From a virus, in IMG/VR virus record IMGVR_UViG_3300005573_001011, positions 55,081 through 119,080 of that record: a DNA stretch of 64,000 nt. One strand, given 5' to 3'. The position numbers and the translations under genes are program-made. Positions 1 to 9,131 of this stretch are shown piece after piece. How positions within the stretch are numbered: position 1 is the first letter of the stretch; every line of letters begins with the position of its first letter. Under the pieces are notes generated by a model that was not told where the DNA came from, did not search any database, and saw only the letters and a program-made list of their open reading frames with translations.

Positions 1-28
1 AGCACGAACTTCCTACCAGCAACATGAG

Positions 29-622
29 GTGAGAATAGTTATGGAAACTCAGTATAATCCTGAGTATCTTGAAAGTGTAAGAAAGTGGAAAACACCACAA
101 GACGTACTTAAATATATCGAAACGTTTTCGTATGCTTCTGAGTTTTTGCCAGATACGAAAAGGAATCTACAACTCTATAAGATCTACCATCCTAAAATGC
201 TTGATTTAGACACTCTATATAAAACAAGACGTGGAACATGTACTAACGTTTATTACTTCTTTGTAAAGACAGTAAATACGATTGACCCTTCCTATGCTGC
301 TTTTGCTATAACTATGACGTGGAGGGGTCCTTGGTCTGGTGTAAATAAGATTTGCTTCTGGTTTGAAGATTTTAAAGTCAAGAGTTTTCGTTGGACACCA
401 CAAGACGGTGGCAAACTCGTTTTAGATGAACCCTTCTCTTCTTTGGAGAGTGCTAGAGATTTCTACATAAGTATGGCAAAAGAGAGCTTAAAACCAAAAG
501 AGATACCTATAAAATACGGTATTTCGATTTTAGACATAAGAGTACTACGAGACCTAAAAATACAGCATGCATTAGAAGTTTTTGGTATAGACGATGGATA
601 TAGTATATACAGAAAGTTCTAA
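29..622 (+). CDS. transglutaminase-like protein, probably degenerate active site; paralogue of 11277-11801
   Basis: LYKTRRGTCTN aligns with VFSLKSGCCLD of the paralogue; shared PFxSL(E/D)S..DFY..M motif; the His and Asp of the triad are not evident. Confidence 0.5.
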   Translation: MRIVMETQYNPEYLESVRKWKTPQDVLKYIETFSYASEFLPDTKRNLQLYKIYHPKMLDLDTLYKTRRGTCTNVYYFFVKTVNTIDPSYAAFAITMTWRGPWSGVNKICFWFEDFKVKSFRWTPQDGGKLVLDEPFSSLESARDFYISMAKESLKPKEIPIKYGISILDIRVLRDLKIQHALEVFGIDDGYSIYRKF

Positions 623-1463
623 GTTTTATGTGGTTACCAATGAAGAAAGAGAAGAGGTAAAAAACTACCTGAAGAACAGTGGCAAGACCGTAGGCAGAGT
701 TGGAATTAGCGGTACTGTTCATGAAGGACATAAGTTTATTATAGAGACAGTTAAAAAATTGTACGATGTCGTTATTGTAGACTATGCTTCTTGGGTTCGT
801 TTAGTTTCTTCTCGCTTGTTTTCCAGTTTCGCACTTCCAAGTGCAGTCACTCCTCCTGATAAGGTAGTGGAGAGCCTTAAAAGGAATAACGTTAGCTTTG
901 ACTACTTTTTTTGTACTAATATAACTGAAAAAATTTCGAGAGAAACTAGTTTCTTTAGAAGTTACGAAAGTGAGTTTCGTAACGTGTTAAAAAAGCTTGG
1001 ATTTACGAGAACTAGCTTAGTAACACTATTGTGGCAAATTATAGTTGAAGAAGTAACCGGAGACACTGAAGAAGTTGGTCAGTCGTTTCTAGGTCCAAAA
1101 AATATTTTGATTGACCTTGTTTCGAAAGCTGTCGTTGGCCAGAATGCTAAGTATTTTCCAAACTATATTTGGAAATCCTATAGAGATCCGTCTACTTTCA
1201 CTCTTGAGTCAAGAACATCTTCATCTATCTTGCTCGGGAAAGTTGCTAGAGAAGCCTATTCCGAACTACTTCGTGGTAAGACTGATGCTAAATATTTTGC
1301 TAACCTTGGGTCTGAGTTTTATAGACAGGAACCAGGGTTTACTATAATAGACTACAAACGTCTGGAAAAAGTAGACCACGTAACAGATAATTGCGTTCTT
1401 GTTTTTTCTGAAGAAAACAAGTTCGACTACATTTTTATTAAAGACGGAATGATAATTTCCTGA
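594..1463 (+). CDS. pantoate-beta-alanine ligase (PanC)-like HIGH-family nucleotidyltransferase, divergent
   Basis: SGKTVGRVGISGTVHEGH resembles PanC GKxIGFVPTMGALHEGH; FLGPKN resembles FGEKD; YRDPSTFTLESRT resembles VRExDGLALSSRN. Confidence 0.65.
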   Translation: MDIVYTESSKFYVVTNEEREEVKNYLKNSGKTVGRVGISGTVHEGHKFIIETVKKLYDVVIVDYASWVRLVSSRLFSSFALPSAVTPPDKVVESLKRNNVSFDYFFCTNITEKISRETSFFRSYESEFRNVLKKLGFTRTSLVTLLWQIIVEEVTGDTEEVGQSFLGPKNILIDLVSKAVVGQNAKYFPNYIWKSYRDPSTFTLESRTSSSILLGKVAREAYSELLRGKTDAKYFANLGSEFYRQEPGFTIIDYKRLEKVDHVTDNCVLVFSEENKFDYIFIKDGMIIS

Positions 1464-1479
1464 GTTATGGAGAAACTTC

Positions 1480-2022
1480 ATGCAAAAAACTGGGTGTACT
1501 TGCGACTCTACATGCTATAATTTTTCCTGCTCTTGTAACACTACTTGCTATGGTTATCAAGCATGTCAGTACGGATGCGATAGTGGTTCGTACGGAGTGT
1601 CCTGTCCTTGTAATACTTCTTGCTATTCTTTTTCGTGTAGCTGTGATGCTAGGTGCCATAATTATGGTTGCACTTGCAATACGCTTTGCCATGGTTACCA
1701 AACATGTATGTACGGGTGCGATAGTTCTTGCTATAATTATGGCAAAGCATGCGAATGTGATACGACGTGTTATGGATATGTCCCATGTTCGTGCGACAAT
1801 ACGCGTTACGGGTATACATGCACATGCGATGGCTGGTGCGACTCGTATACTCCTTGCTCATGCTACGGCCCAGGATATACTGTATGCACTTGCTATACGA
1901 CATGTTATGGCTATTCCCCGTGCTCGTGCAATAATACGTGTTACGGATTTGTATGTACGTGCAATGCAACTTGTTACCAAGAAAGATTTGGTGCAGATGC
2001 TTTATCGTTCGAACTGTTCTAG
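1480..2022 (+). CDS. Cys/Tyr-rich repeat protein, about 14 CxCxxxCY-type units
   Basis: Units CTCDSTCY, CSCNTTCY, CPCNTSCY, CECDTTCY, CSCNNTCY, CTCNATCY etc.; GGAG upstream of ATG; lies directly after the PanC-like gene. Confidence 0.8.
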   Translation: MQKTGCTCDSTCYNFSCSCNTTCYGYQACQYGCDSGSYGVSCPCNTSCYSFSCSCDARCHNYGCTCNTLCHGYQTCMYGCDSSCYNYGKACECDTTCYGYVPCSCDNTRYGYTCTCDGWCDSYTPCSCYGPGYTVCTCYTTCYGYSPCSCNNTCYGFVCTCNATCYQERFGADALSFELF

Positions 2023-2145
2023 CGGAAGGCAGATCTTAAAATGGGTCGAAGTACTTGCCAGTAATGCAGAAGTTCTAACGGAAGATCTTTGAAAATTTTA
2101 GTAGACGAATACACGTTGGAATCTTAGTGATAAGGATTTATGGGC

Positions 2146-2178
2146 AAAAAAAAAGAGAAGCTTCTTTTAGCTTCTCTC
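2146..2178. terminator. intrinsic terminator hairpin of small-gene cassette copy 1 (T-tract on the minus strand)
   Basis: A9-GAGAAGC-ttctttta-GCTTCTC stem-loop. Confidence 0.7.
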
Positions 2179-2186
2179 TCTTGTCT

Positions 2187-2339
2187 CTACTCACGACGAA
2201 CCCACAACACATTGTTAGAGTCGATCGTGAACTTCCTATCGCTAGTCTCGATGATAACCTGCCCAGGTAGACTGAGCATTCTTACGACGTTCTTAAATCT
2301 TCTCGTAACTCCCGTCACATACTCAATTATTACGTTCAT
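2187..2339 (-). CDS. 50-aa small protein, copy 1 (MNVIIEYVTGVTRRFKNVVRMLSLPGQVIIETSDRKFTIDSNNVLWVRRE); absent from the ORF track
   Basis: AGGAGG RBS, ATG at 2339, TAG at 2187, downstream terminator; near-identical in-frame paralogue at 7688-7843. Confidence 0.85.
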   Translation of the reverse strand: MNVIIEYVTGVTRRFKNVVRMLSLPGQVIIETSDRKFTIDSNNVLWVRRE

Positions 2340-2373
2340 TTTCTGCCTCCTTTATTTTATTTTTCTAAATAGA

Positions 2374-2384
2374 AATATATATAG
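2374..2384 (-). promoter_or_regulatory. candidate phage promoter motif CTATATATATT
   Basis: Same 11-mer at 7642-7652 (+) and 56138-56148 (-), each a short distance upstream of a gene start. Confidence 0.55.
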
Positions 2385-2422
2385 CAAACTCATTTTTTAT
2401 AAGAAGCTAAAATATTGCAAGT

Positions 2423-2429
2423 GAACAAA
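2423..2429 (+). promoter_or_regulatory. candidate late-promoter motif GAACAAA
   Basis: Recurs in 10 intergenic gaps upstream of plus-strand operons. Confidence 0.6.
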
Positions 2430-2457
2430 TTGAAAAGAAGACGAAAAGGAGTGAAGT

Positions 2458-5400
2458 ATGAGAATCACTTGGACGGCGTTTTTGCACCCTTTTACTGCTA
2501 TGGGTGTAATTGCTGTAAACGTGGTTAGAGAACTTTCTAAGCTTGGTATAGACGTAGGAATAAATGTTTTAAACCCTTCTGAGTACTCTCCAACAGATTA
2601 TCCAACCGAGATCCAAAAAGCGGTAGAAAAAGGCTATAGAGAAGATTCTATTAACATCTTCTTTTCTTACCCAGACATCTATGGCAACGTTAGATGCAGA
2701 GTTAACGTTGGATTTACGGGTGCAGACTCTACAGAATGGTATCAAACAGGAGCTGACAAGCCTCCAGCACAGATCTGTAACGAACTAATGGATTACATGT
2801 TAACTCCATCTGAGTACAGTAAACGAATAATGCAAAACTGTGGTGTAGCTGTTCCAATAATAGTTTTCCCACATGGTGTAGATACTGATATATTTAAACC
2901 AGCAAATAAAACTTCGTCTGGGTTTAGATTTCTTTACATTGGTGAGTTATCTAGAAGAAAAGGAACGTTCGACTTAATTTCATGTTTCGATAAATTTAGC
3001 TTCGTTTATCCAGAAGCTACTCTTGTGCTTAGGGCTAATACTCATATGAAGTATTACGATGGCCAAGAGATAGAACGACAATGCCAGCAAAATAAGCAGA
3101 TTACAGTAGTATACGAGAACAGAGGCCAAGAAGACATTGCTAAATATATGCAGAATTCTGATGTTCTTGTCCATCCAACTAGAGCAGATTGGTTTGGAAT
3201 GCCTCCACTTGAAGCTTTAGCTTGCGGTATTCCAGTTATTGCTACAGCTTCTAACGGATACTACGAATTCCTAAAAGACTTTATAGTTCCAGTTAATTTT
3301 AGTTTACGAGAAGTTGGAAACGAGCACCCTTACTTAAAAGGTAAGTGGAATGTTATAGATAGAGAAGATTTACTTGCGAAAATGGTTTTTGCGTACAATA
3401 ATATAGAAAAGTTGACACAAAAGAGCAGGGAAGTATCTGAACGAATTAGAGAAGAATTTAGTTGGAAGAAAGTAGTAGAGAAGTACTTAGTACCATTTTT
3501 AGAAGAAGTTCACGAAAAGCATTTTAAGCGAGAATTAGTAAAAGTAGCGAAACAAGACAACTACAGAATTACAGTTGGGATCCCGACTAAAGACCGTCTT
3601 CTAGAACTCTCACTTCTCCTCATGTCTCTGCTAAACCAAACTTATAAAGATTTCGAAGTAATTATTGTTAACGACTGGTTCGGAAACATCTATGGCAATA
3701 CTACTCTAAATTCGATTATTAGAATGCTCAACGAAAATGGCAATACTGTTACGATTATCGAAGGTGAGAGAAGGGGCCCCCATATCGCTGGACAGAAGAT
3801 TTTAGATAATGCTAAAACTGAGCTAATCTTAAGACTTGACGACGATGTAGTTCTGCAGCCAAACTTTATAGAAGAGCTAGTTAACGCATACAAGGAACTA
3901 ACAAGTAAAGGAAAGAATGTTGCTGCTATTGGACCGATTTATCTTAATCCACATGAAGAGCTCCGCAAACAAGTCTTGCCTCAAAACATGACAAAGGAAG
4001 AGATGGAAAACTACGGAAAAGTCGTATGGGATGGAAGAAACTTATTTTTAACTGGGTGGATACAGATTAACATGCATCCTCGCAACGAACTAGTTAAAGT
4101 AGAGCACTTAAACTCTGGCTTCATGTATAGAAAGAGTGTTGGCAAACAGATCGGAGGGTTGAGAAAAGACTTGTCAATAGTCGGTCATAGGGAAGAAAGT
4201 GATTTCTCTTGGAGAATGCATAAAGCTGGCTACGAACTGTTCGTTTGCCCAACTGCTATCGCTTATCATTTTCATCCGATGATCGGTGGAATAAGAGAGA
4301 CAATGGGCAAAGCAATTGAGAAAGAGAACTGGGATAGAGACGAAACCCTCTTCTTGCAAACTATAGCAGGTGAACTTGGGGCTAAAGATCAGGTTGCGGT
4401 TGTGGTTCTCACTCATGGATCTGACCACATGAATTTGCGGATGCTCCTTGGAGATATACTTAAATTTACTAGTCACTCTCACGAACTTATTGTTGTCAAC
4501 AATGACTCAACGCCAGAATCTCATAGTGACATAGTACGTATAGAACAAGACGTAAAGTCTAGAATTACGAACTCGAAATTCTTTAATTTGCAGAAAGAAG
4601 TGTCGGTAAGCGAAGCTAGAAATTTCGGTGCAAAACAAAGAAGTGAGAAAAGCAAGTACATTTGCTTTATAGATGACGATGCCAGAATTCTTGGAAGATT
4701 TAGCCAAGAAGAAGATTGGCTAGACTTTTTGTGCAGAAAATTCAACGAACAACCCGATATAGCAGCAGTAGCACCAATTTACACGTGGTTCGACGACTTG
4801 AAATGCGACTGCGTTTCGGTGGCTTGCATGCTTACTTCAGTAAAAGTCTGGGAAGTTGTAGGAGGATTCGATCCAGTCTTCGGGAACTTGAAAAAGGGGA
4901 CATGGGGATATGAAGACGTAGACTGGAGTTATAGGGCACAGATACTTGGTTACAAACTAAAGTCAGTAGAGACGAACGCTTTTCCTTTTTACCATGGTGA
5001 CACCACATTTAAACCTAAGTCTGAGTTAATCCAAGCTGGACTAATTAAAGCTCGAGAACTGTTGCTAGCTAAATGGTCAAAACATGATACTGAGAAATTC
5101 TGCAGGACAACTTATCCTCTTACTCGAGAGCAGTTAGAACTTAGAGGAACGAAACTGAACTTAGGGTGCTACTTTATGCATTTGGATAACTTTATAAATG
5201 TAGACGTAAATCCAGACTGCGGTGCGGATCTTGTCCTCGATATAAGAGACTTAAAGAAGAACTTCCAGCCAAATTCAGTGTCTCTTGTTTTAGCATCTCA
5301 CGTTATAGAGCACTTCACTAAAGAAGAGGCTAAACAAATTCTACGCGACATTTACGACATCTTGCTACCTGGAGGTTTCTTAATTGTAGAAGTTCCAAAC

Positions 5401-5625
5401 TGTAAAAACTTAGATGAACGATTAGCTAAAGGAGAGATTGACAAGTGGACGTATGACATTTTCAAGGACGGATGCCCAAAGGGAGTAGCCCAGAAACATA
5501 AGGCTATGTACGAAGAAGACAGTTTGCGTGAACTTTTACAGAGTTGTGGTTTTACGAACTTAGTTAGAAATCCAATCGTTAGTAATAAAGAATCTGACTG
5601 TTTAAGAATAGATGCAAGAAAATAA
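2458..5625 (+). CDS. multidomain glycosyltransferase: GT4 + GT2 + GT2 + SAM-methyltransferase-like domain
   Basis: PHGVD and FGMPPLEALACGIPVIAT (GT4); VGIPTKDR..RLDDD and FIDDDA..EDVD (two GT2); KLNLGC..SHVIEH..PGG (methyltransferase). Confidence 0.9.
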   Translation: MRITWTAFLHPFTAMGVIAVNVVRELSKLGIDVGINVLNPSEYSPTDYPTEIQKAVEKGYREDSINIFFSYPDIYGNVRCRVNVGFTGADSTEWYQTGADKPPAQICNELMDYMLTPSEYSKRIMQNCGVAVPIIVFPHGVDTDIFKPANKTSSGFRFLYIGELSRRKGTFDLISCFDKFSFVYPEATLVLRANTHMKYYDGQEIERQCQQNKQITVVYENRGQEDIAKYMQNSDVLVHPTRADWFGMPPLEALACGIPVIATASNGYYEFLKDFIVPVNFSLREVGNEHPYLKGKWNVIDREDLLAKMVFAYNNIEKLTQKSREVSERIREEFSWKKVVEKYLVPFLEEVHEKHFKRELVKVAKQDNYRITVGIPTKDRLLELSLLLMSLLNQTYKDFEVIIVNDWFGNIYGNTTLNSIIRMLNENGNTVTIIEGERRGPHIAGQKILDNAKTELILRLDDDVVLQPNFIEELVNAYKELTSKGKNVAAIGPIYLNPHEELRKQVLPQNMTKEEMENYGKVVWDGRNLFLTGWIQINMHPRNELVKVEHLNSGFMYRKSVGKQIGGLRKDLSIVGHREESDFSWRMHKAGYELFVCPTAIAYHFHPMIGGIRETMGKAIEKENWDRDETLFLQTIAGELGAKDQVAVVVLTHGSDHMNLRMLLGDILKFTSHSHELIVVNNDSTPESHSDIVRIEQDVKSRITNSKFFNLQKEVSVSEARNFGAKQRSEKSKYICFIDDDARILGRFSQEEDWLDFLCRKFNEQPDIAAVAPIYTWFDDLKCDCVSVACMLTSVKVWEVVGGFDPVFGNLKKGTWGYEDVDWSYRAQILGYKLKSVETNAFPFYHGDTTFKPKSELIQAGLIKARELLLAKWSKHDTEKFCRTTYPLTREQLELRGTKLNLGCYFMHLDNFINVDVNPDCGADLVLDIRDLKKNFQPNSVSLVLASHVIEHFTKEEAKQILRDIYDILLPGGFLIVEVPNCKNLDERLAKGEIDKWTYDIFKDGCPKGVAQKHKAMYEEDSLRELLQSCGFTNLVRNPIVSNKESDCLRIDARK

Positions 5626-5770
5626 GGAATAATTTTAGTTGGTGAAGAGGCCTTAGTGATTAACAGACAAGATTTATGGACTATGAGAACTTATGCAGGA
5701 GACTGTTAAACCAAAGAAAGCGCAGTGGTGCGATTAGAAGAAGACCTGGGTCAAGGGAGGCATTAGACAA

Positions 5771-6553
5771 ATGAAAATTCCAGGAGTTTTGGTGGTTATT
5801 CCATTTAAGGGTAGAATCGACTTGTTGCAGGAAACGATAAAGAGTCTTACAGATATCTACGTTTCTGGGATGTGGTGGTCTCTAATACTTTGGGATGACG
5901 GAAGTACGGATGAAGAACTCAATACTTTGTGGAACTTAGCAAAGAGATTCTTAATAGTGAAACATGAAAACGTTGGCTACACGAACTCAGTGTATAATAT
6001 AGTAGAACTAGCCAAAAGAGATGCGTCTTTCGACTTCTTATTACTCTGTAATAGCGATGTCAAGCTTCACTTAAATACAATGTATTCATTATTAAATCGA
6101 GCTTTAAAGAACCCTAATGTAGCGGTAGTTGGCTGTAAAGTTCTTCACTATGGCAAAGACATTATCCAGCACACCGGAACAAGACTAGTAGATGGAGCAG
6201 TTACTGATCCTTACGTTGGTTTGCACAAGGACGACCCAAGCACTAAGTTTGTCGAAAGAAGGTTGTGGGTAAACGGATGTTGTGCTCTATACAGTCTAGA
6301 TATTCTTAGAAAAGAAAACTTAAATTTCAGCCTAGAATTTGCTCCGGCTTACTTTGAAGAAGCAGACTTAATGACACAGCTAAACCTAATGGGTTACTCG
6401 GTTCTTTACGAACCAAAAGCCATTGTAGAACATTTCGTTGGTGGAACAATGCATTTGCAAAAAGACAAGTTCGAGCCAGTGTTTTGGCAAAATTGGGAGA
6501 AGTACCAGAAAAAGTGGAAAAAATACTTTAATAGTAAGCAACTTCAATTTTAG
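5771..6553 (+). CDS. GT2-family glycosyltransferase
   Basis: VVIP, DDGSTD, NSD, WVNGCCAL and YFEEADL motifs. Confidence 0.9.
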   Translation: MKIPGVLVVIPFKGRIDLLQETIKSLTDIYVSGMWWSLILWDDGSTDEELNTLWNLAKRFLIVKHENVGYTNSVYNIVELAKRDASFDFLLLCNSDVKLHLNTMYSLLNRALKNPNVAVVGCKVLHYGKDIIQHTGTRLVDGAVTDPYVGLHKDDPSTKFVERRLWVNGCCALYSLDILRKENLNFSLEFAPAYFEEADLMTQLNLMGYSVLYEPKAIVEHFVGGTMHLQKDKFEPVFWQNWEKYQKKWKKYFNSKQLQF

Positions 6554-6562
6554 GAGACAAGA

Positions 6563-7627
6563 ATGCTGAGAGTAGCTTTCTATTCGAATAGAGTAAGATT
6601 CGACGGAGATTTCTTAGAAAAACGTGGTTTGGGAGGGTCTGAGAGTGCTCTTATAAACTTGACTACAGTATGGAAGCAAACGTTTCCAGAAGATTGTATC
6701 GTGGTATACAATTCACTTGAAAGAGAGACAAAAGAATTTAGTGGAGTTACTTACAAGAGTGTGCTAGACTTTAAGAGCGAGTGCAAAACATTCGATATAG
6801 ATGTCTTCATAACTCTCAGAGACACTGAACCACTTTTCGAACCTTTTATTGACACAAAGTTGCTACTTTTTTGGAGTCAGGACGATAGTAACGAAGCTGG
6901 AATTAAGACGATAGCAACAAACAAGTATTTGCAGGAGCGTTTGGACACGATCTTAGTAGTTAGTAACCATTCGTATAACGACATTAAACGTATTATTCCT
7001 ACAACTCCCTTAGTTTTACTGAGAAATGGGTATAGGGAAGACTGGGCTGACGATAGCAACATGCGCAGAGATCCAATAGCTGCTTATAATTCCACACCGT
7101 TTCGTGGCTTAAGCATTTTAGCGGAAGTATGGTCAGAAATTTATTGGAAGTGCATGCAGTTAGGAGTTAACCCAGAACTCAGGGTTTTTACTGGCATGTC
7201 GCTTTATCAGCTTCCAGATAGGCCTCAAGAAGAGCAGATCTATAACACTCTTAAGCAATTGCCGAAAGTCACGTTTTGTGGTGCAATACCTCAGCGAAAT
7301 CTTTACGAAGAACTGAAAAAAGTTAAAGTATTGCTTTACCCAAATACTTTTCTAGAAACAAGCTGTATGGCAGTGTTAGAAGCTTTAGCAAATGGAGTAT
7401 GGGTTGTAACAAGTAATTTTGGTGCTTTGCCAGAGCAAGTCGTAGATAAACGAAATGGTTTCTTAATTAGTGGTGACCCTAACTCAAGTGAGTATAAAAA
7501 AGAGTTCGTAGAAAAAGCAGTATACAGTCTTGTGCATAAACTCGAACCAGATAGTGTTGGATTAATCTTTAGCTGGCAAGAACAAGTCTGTTTTCTTCGA
7601 GACTACATATGCAAAATGCTTTCTTAG
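6563..7627 (+). CDS. GT4-family glycosyltransferase
   Basis: GLGGSE, STPFRGL, ETSCMAVLEALANG..GALPE. Confidence 0.9.
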   Translation: MLRVAFYSNRVRFDGDFLEKRGLGGSESALINLTTVWKQTFPEDCIVVYNSLERETKEFSGVTYKSVLDFKSECKTFDIDVFITLRDTEPLFEPFIDTKLLLFWSQDDSNEAGIKTIATNKYLQERLDTILVVSNHSYNDIKRIIPTTPLVLLRNGYREDWADDSNMRRDPIAAYNSTPFRGLSILAEVWSEIYWKCMQLGVNPELRVFTGMSLYQLPDRPQEEQIYNTLKQLPKVTFCGAIPQRNLYEELKKVKVLLYPNTFLETSCMAVLEALANGVWVVTSNFGALPEQVVDKRNGFLISGDPNSSEYKKEFVEKAVYSLVHKLEPDSVGLIFSWQEQVCFLRDYICKMLS

Positions 7628-7641
7628 AAAAAACTTGCAAG

Positions 7642-7652
7642 CTATATATATT
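7642..7652 (+). promoter_or_regulatory. candidate phage promoter motif CTATATATATT (cassette copy 2)
   Basis: TGCAA-G-CTATATATATT upstream of AGGAGG RBS and ATG 7688. Confidence 0.55.
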
Positions 7653-7687
7653 TATTATTGAAAAAATAAAGAAAGGAGGCAGTAAAA

Positions 7688-7843
7688 ATGAACGTGGTAA
7701 TTGAATACATAACTGGTGTTAGTAGGAGATTTAGTAATGTCGTAAGAATGCTCAGTCTACCTGGGCAGGTTATCATCGAGACGAGTGATGGTAGAAAATT
7801 CACGATCGACTCTAACAATGTGTTGTGGGTTCGTCGTGGGTAG
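7688..7843 (+). CDS. 51-aa small protein, copy 2 (MNVVIEYITGVSRRFSNVVRMLSLPGQVIIETSDGRKFTIDSNNVLWVRRG); absent from the ORF track
   Basis: AAGGAGG RBS, ATG 7688, TAG 7843; differences from copy 1 are mostly synonymous or conservative plus one 3-nt indel. Confidence 0.85.
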   Translation: MNVVIEYITGVSRRFSNVVRMLSLPGQVIIETSDGRKFTIDSNNVLWVRRG

Positions 7844-7852
7844 AGACAAGAG

Positions 7853-7880
7853 AGAGAAGCTAAAGAAGCTTCTCTTTTTT
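7853..7880 (+). terminator. intrinsic terminator of cassette copy 2
   Basis: AGAGAAGC-taaagaa-GCTTCTCT followed by a T-run. Confidence 0.75.
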
Positions 7881-7917
7881 TATCTTTTTTAAGAAAGAAC
7901 GGGAGGAGACAGTATAA

Positions 7918-8952
7918 ATGAGTGAAACGAAAGAGCAATTTGGCGAAAAAATTGACGTTTCTATTACTATTGACGAAGTAATGGGTAGAGCTAGGCCGTC
8001 AGAAGACAAGGCTTTCGTAATTATTCAAGATGGCGGTGTTGGTGACGCTATCTGTGCTACACCAATGATTGAGTCTGCTAGAAAAACTTACCCAAACAAG
8101 AAGATTATTGTTGGTTCTTCACATCACGAAATCTTAATTGGCAACCCGAATATTGACGTACTGTATAATTTAGCGTTTCCAGGAGACTTGTTTGAGAAGT
8201 GGGTCAAACCACTTAGGCACTTTGGGTCAGTCATAAAGAGAGATATCTATAACGAATGTGCTCACAAGTTATTTCCAGGACGATTAAGTAAAGTATGGTG
8301 CTGGTTGTATAACGTTCCCTATCCCGGGGATAACATTAGAGTTTATCTGTCAGACCAAGAAGATGCAGAAGCTAAGTATTTCTTAAAGTCATTTCCTAAA
8401 CCCGTTATTATTATTCATCCATTTGGAGCTAGACTAACGTTTAATCCTGAAGTTCAGATAACTGAAAATAAAGATTGGTTTGTAGACCGCTGGACTGAGT
8501 TAGTTAAAGTACTGAGCAAAGACTTCGACATAATACAAGTTGGGGGTCAAAAAGAGCAGCAAATACCAGGTGTTTCTTGCTATCTTTTGGGGTCGACTTC
8601 TTTAAGACAGACAGCTGCTCTACTGAAAAACTGCTTAACTTTCGTTTCTATAGATAGCTTTGTGGGTCACTGTGGTCCAGCTGTTGGTAAGAGGGGAGTT
8701 GTACTATTTGGAAGAAGCAATCCTTGGATCGCTGGTCATGAAGTAAACGAAAACGTATTTGTACCCAACTCGTGTGAGTTTAATGACCTCTTTTGTGGTC
8801 GTCCGCAAGGCTACTTTGGGGACTCAGAATTATATAAAGGGTCACTGAGACCATGGGCGTGCCCGCACCGTAGTTGTATGAGAGCAATTACGACAAATCT
8901 CGTTCTCAAACACTTATATAAGATAATAGATGTAGAGTTAAAGAAAAAGTAA
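7918..8952 (+). CDS. GT9-family (heptosyltransferase-like) glycosyltransferase
   Basis: GGVGDAICATP, IIIHP, KDW..W, SLRQTAALL..FVSIDSFVGH..VVLFG; Cys-rich C-terminus. Confidence 0.85.
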   Translation: MSETKEQFGEKIDVSITIDEVMGRARPSEDKAFVIIQDGGVGDAICATPMIESARKTYPNKKIIVGSSHHEILIGNPNIDVLYNLAFPGDLFEKWVKPLRHFGSVIKRDIYNECAHKLFPGRLSKVWCWLYNVPYPGDNIRVYLSDQEDAEAKYFLKSFPKPVIIIHPFGARLTFNPEVQITENKDWFVDRWTELVKVLSKDFDIIQVGGQKEQQIPGVSCYLLGSTSLRQTAALLKNCLTFVSIDSFVGHCGPAVGKRGVVLFGRSNPWIAGHEVNENVFVPNSCEFNDLFCGRPQGYFGDSELYKGSLRPWACPHRSCMRAITTNLVLKHLYKIIDVELKKK

Positions 8953-9131
8953 ACTGTTAGTATAGAGTCACGAGTAGACAAGAAGTGTGCAGAGCTACAC
9001 ACGGCTGCTTAGTGGTAGGAGGCGTCAGACTACCAGCTTCTTGTCTCTTTTTCATTTTTTTTTGCTTATTTCAGTAGAACAAACTATTGGGAGACGTGCA
9101 GCTTGCTTAACAGTTTTTTTGGAGGGAAAAC

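Noticed and set aside
1550-2092. Alternative 180-aa ORF overlapping the Cys polymer, and the antisense ORFs there
   Set aside because: Off-frame by-products of a repetitive coding sequence; no RBS or recognisable motif
2140-2424. 94-aa plus-strand ORF and its paralogue 7642-7938 (minus) in the ORF track
   Set aside because: They are antisense shadows of the 50/51-aa genes, which have the RBS, promoter motif and terminator on the other strand
2146-7880. Composite transposon bounded by IS elements
   Set aside because: The repeats encode only a 50-aa peptide; no transposase, terminal inverted repeats or target-site duplication seen
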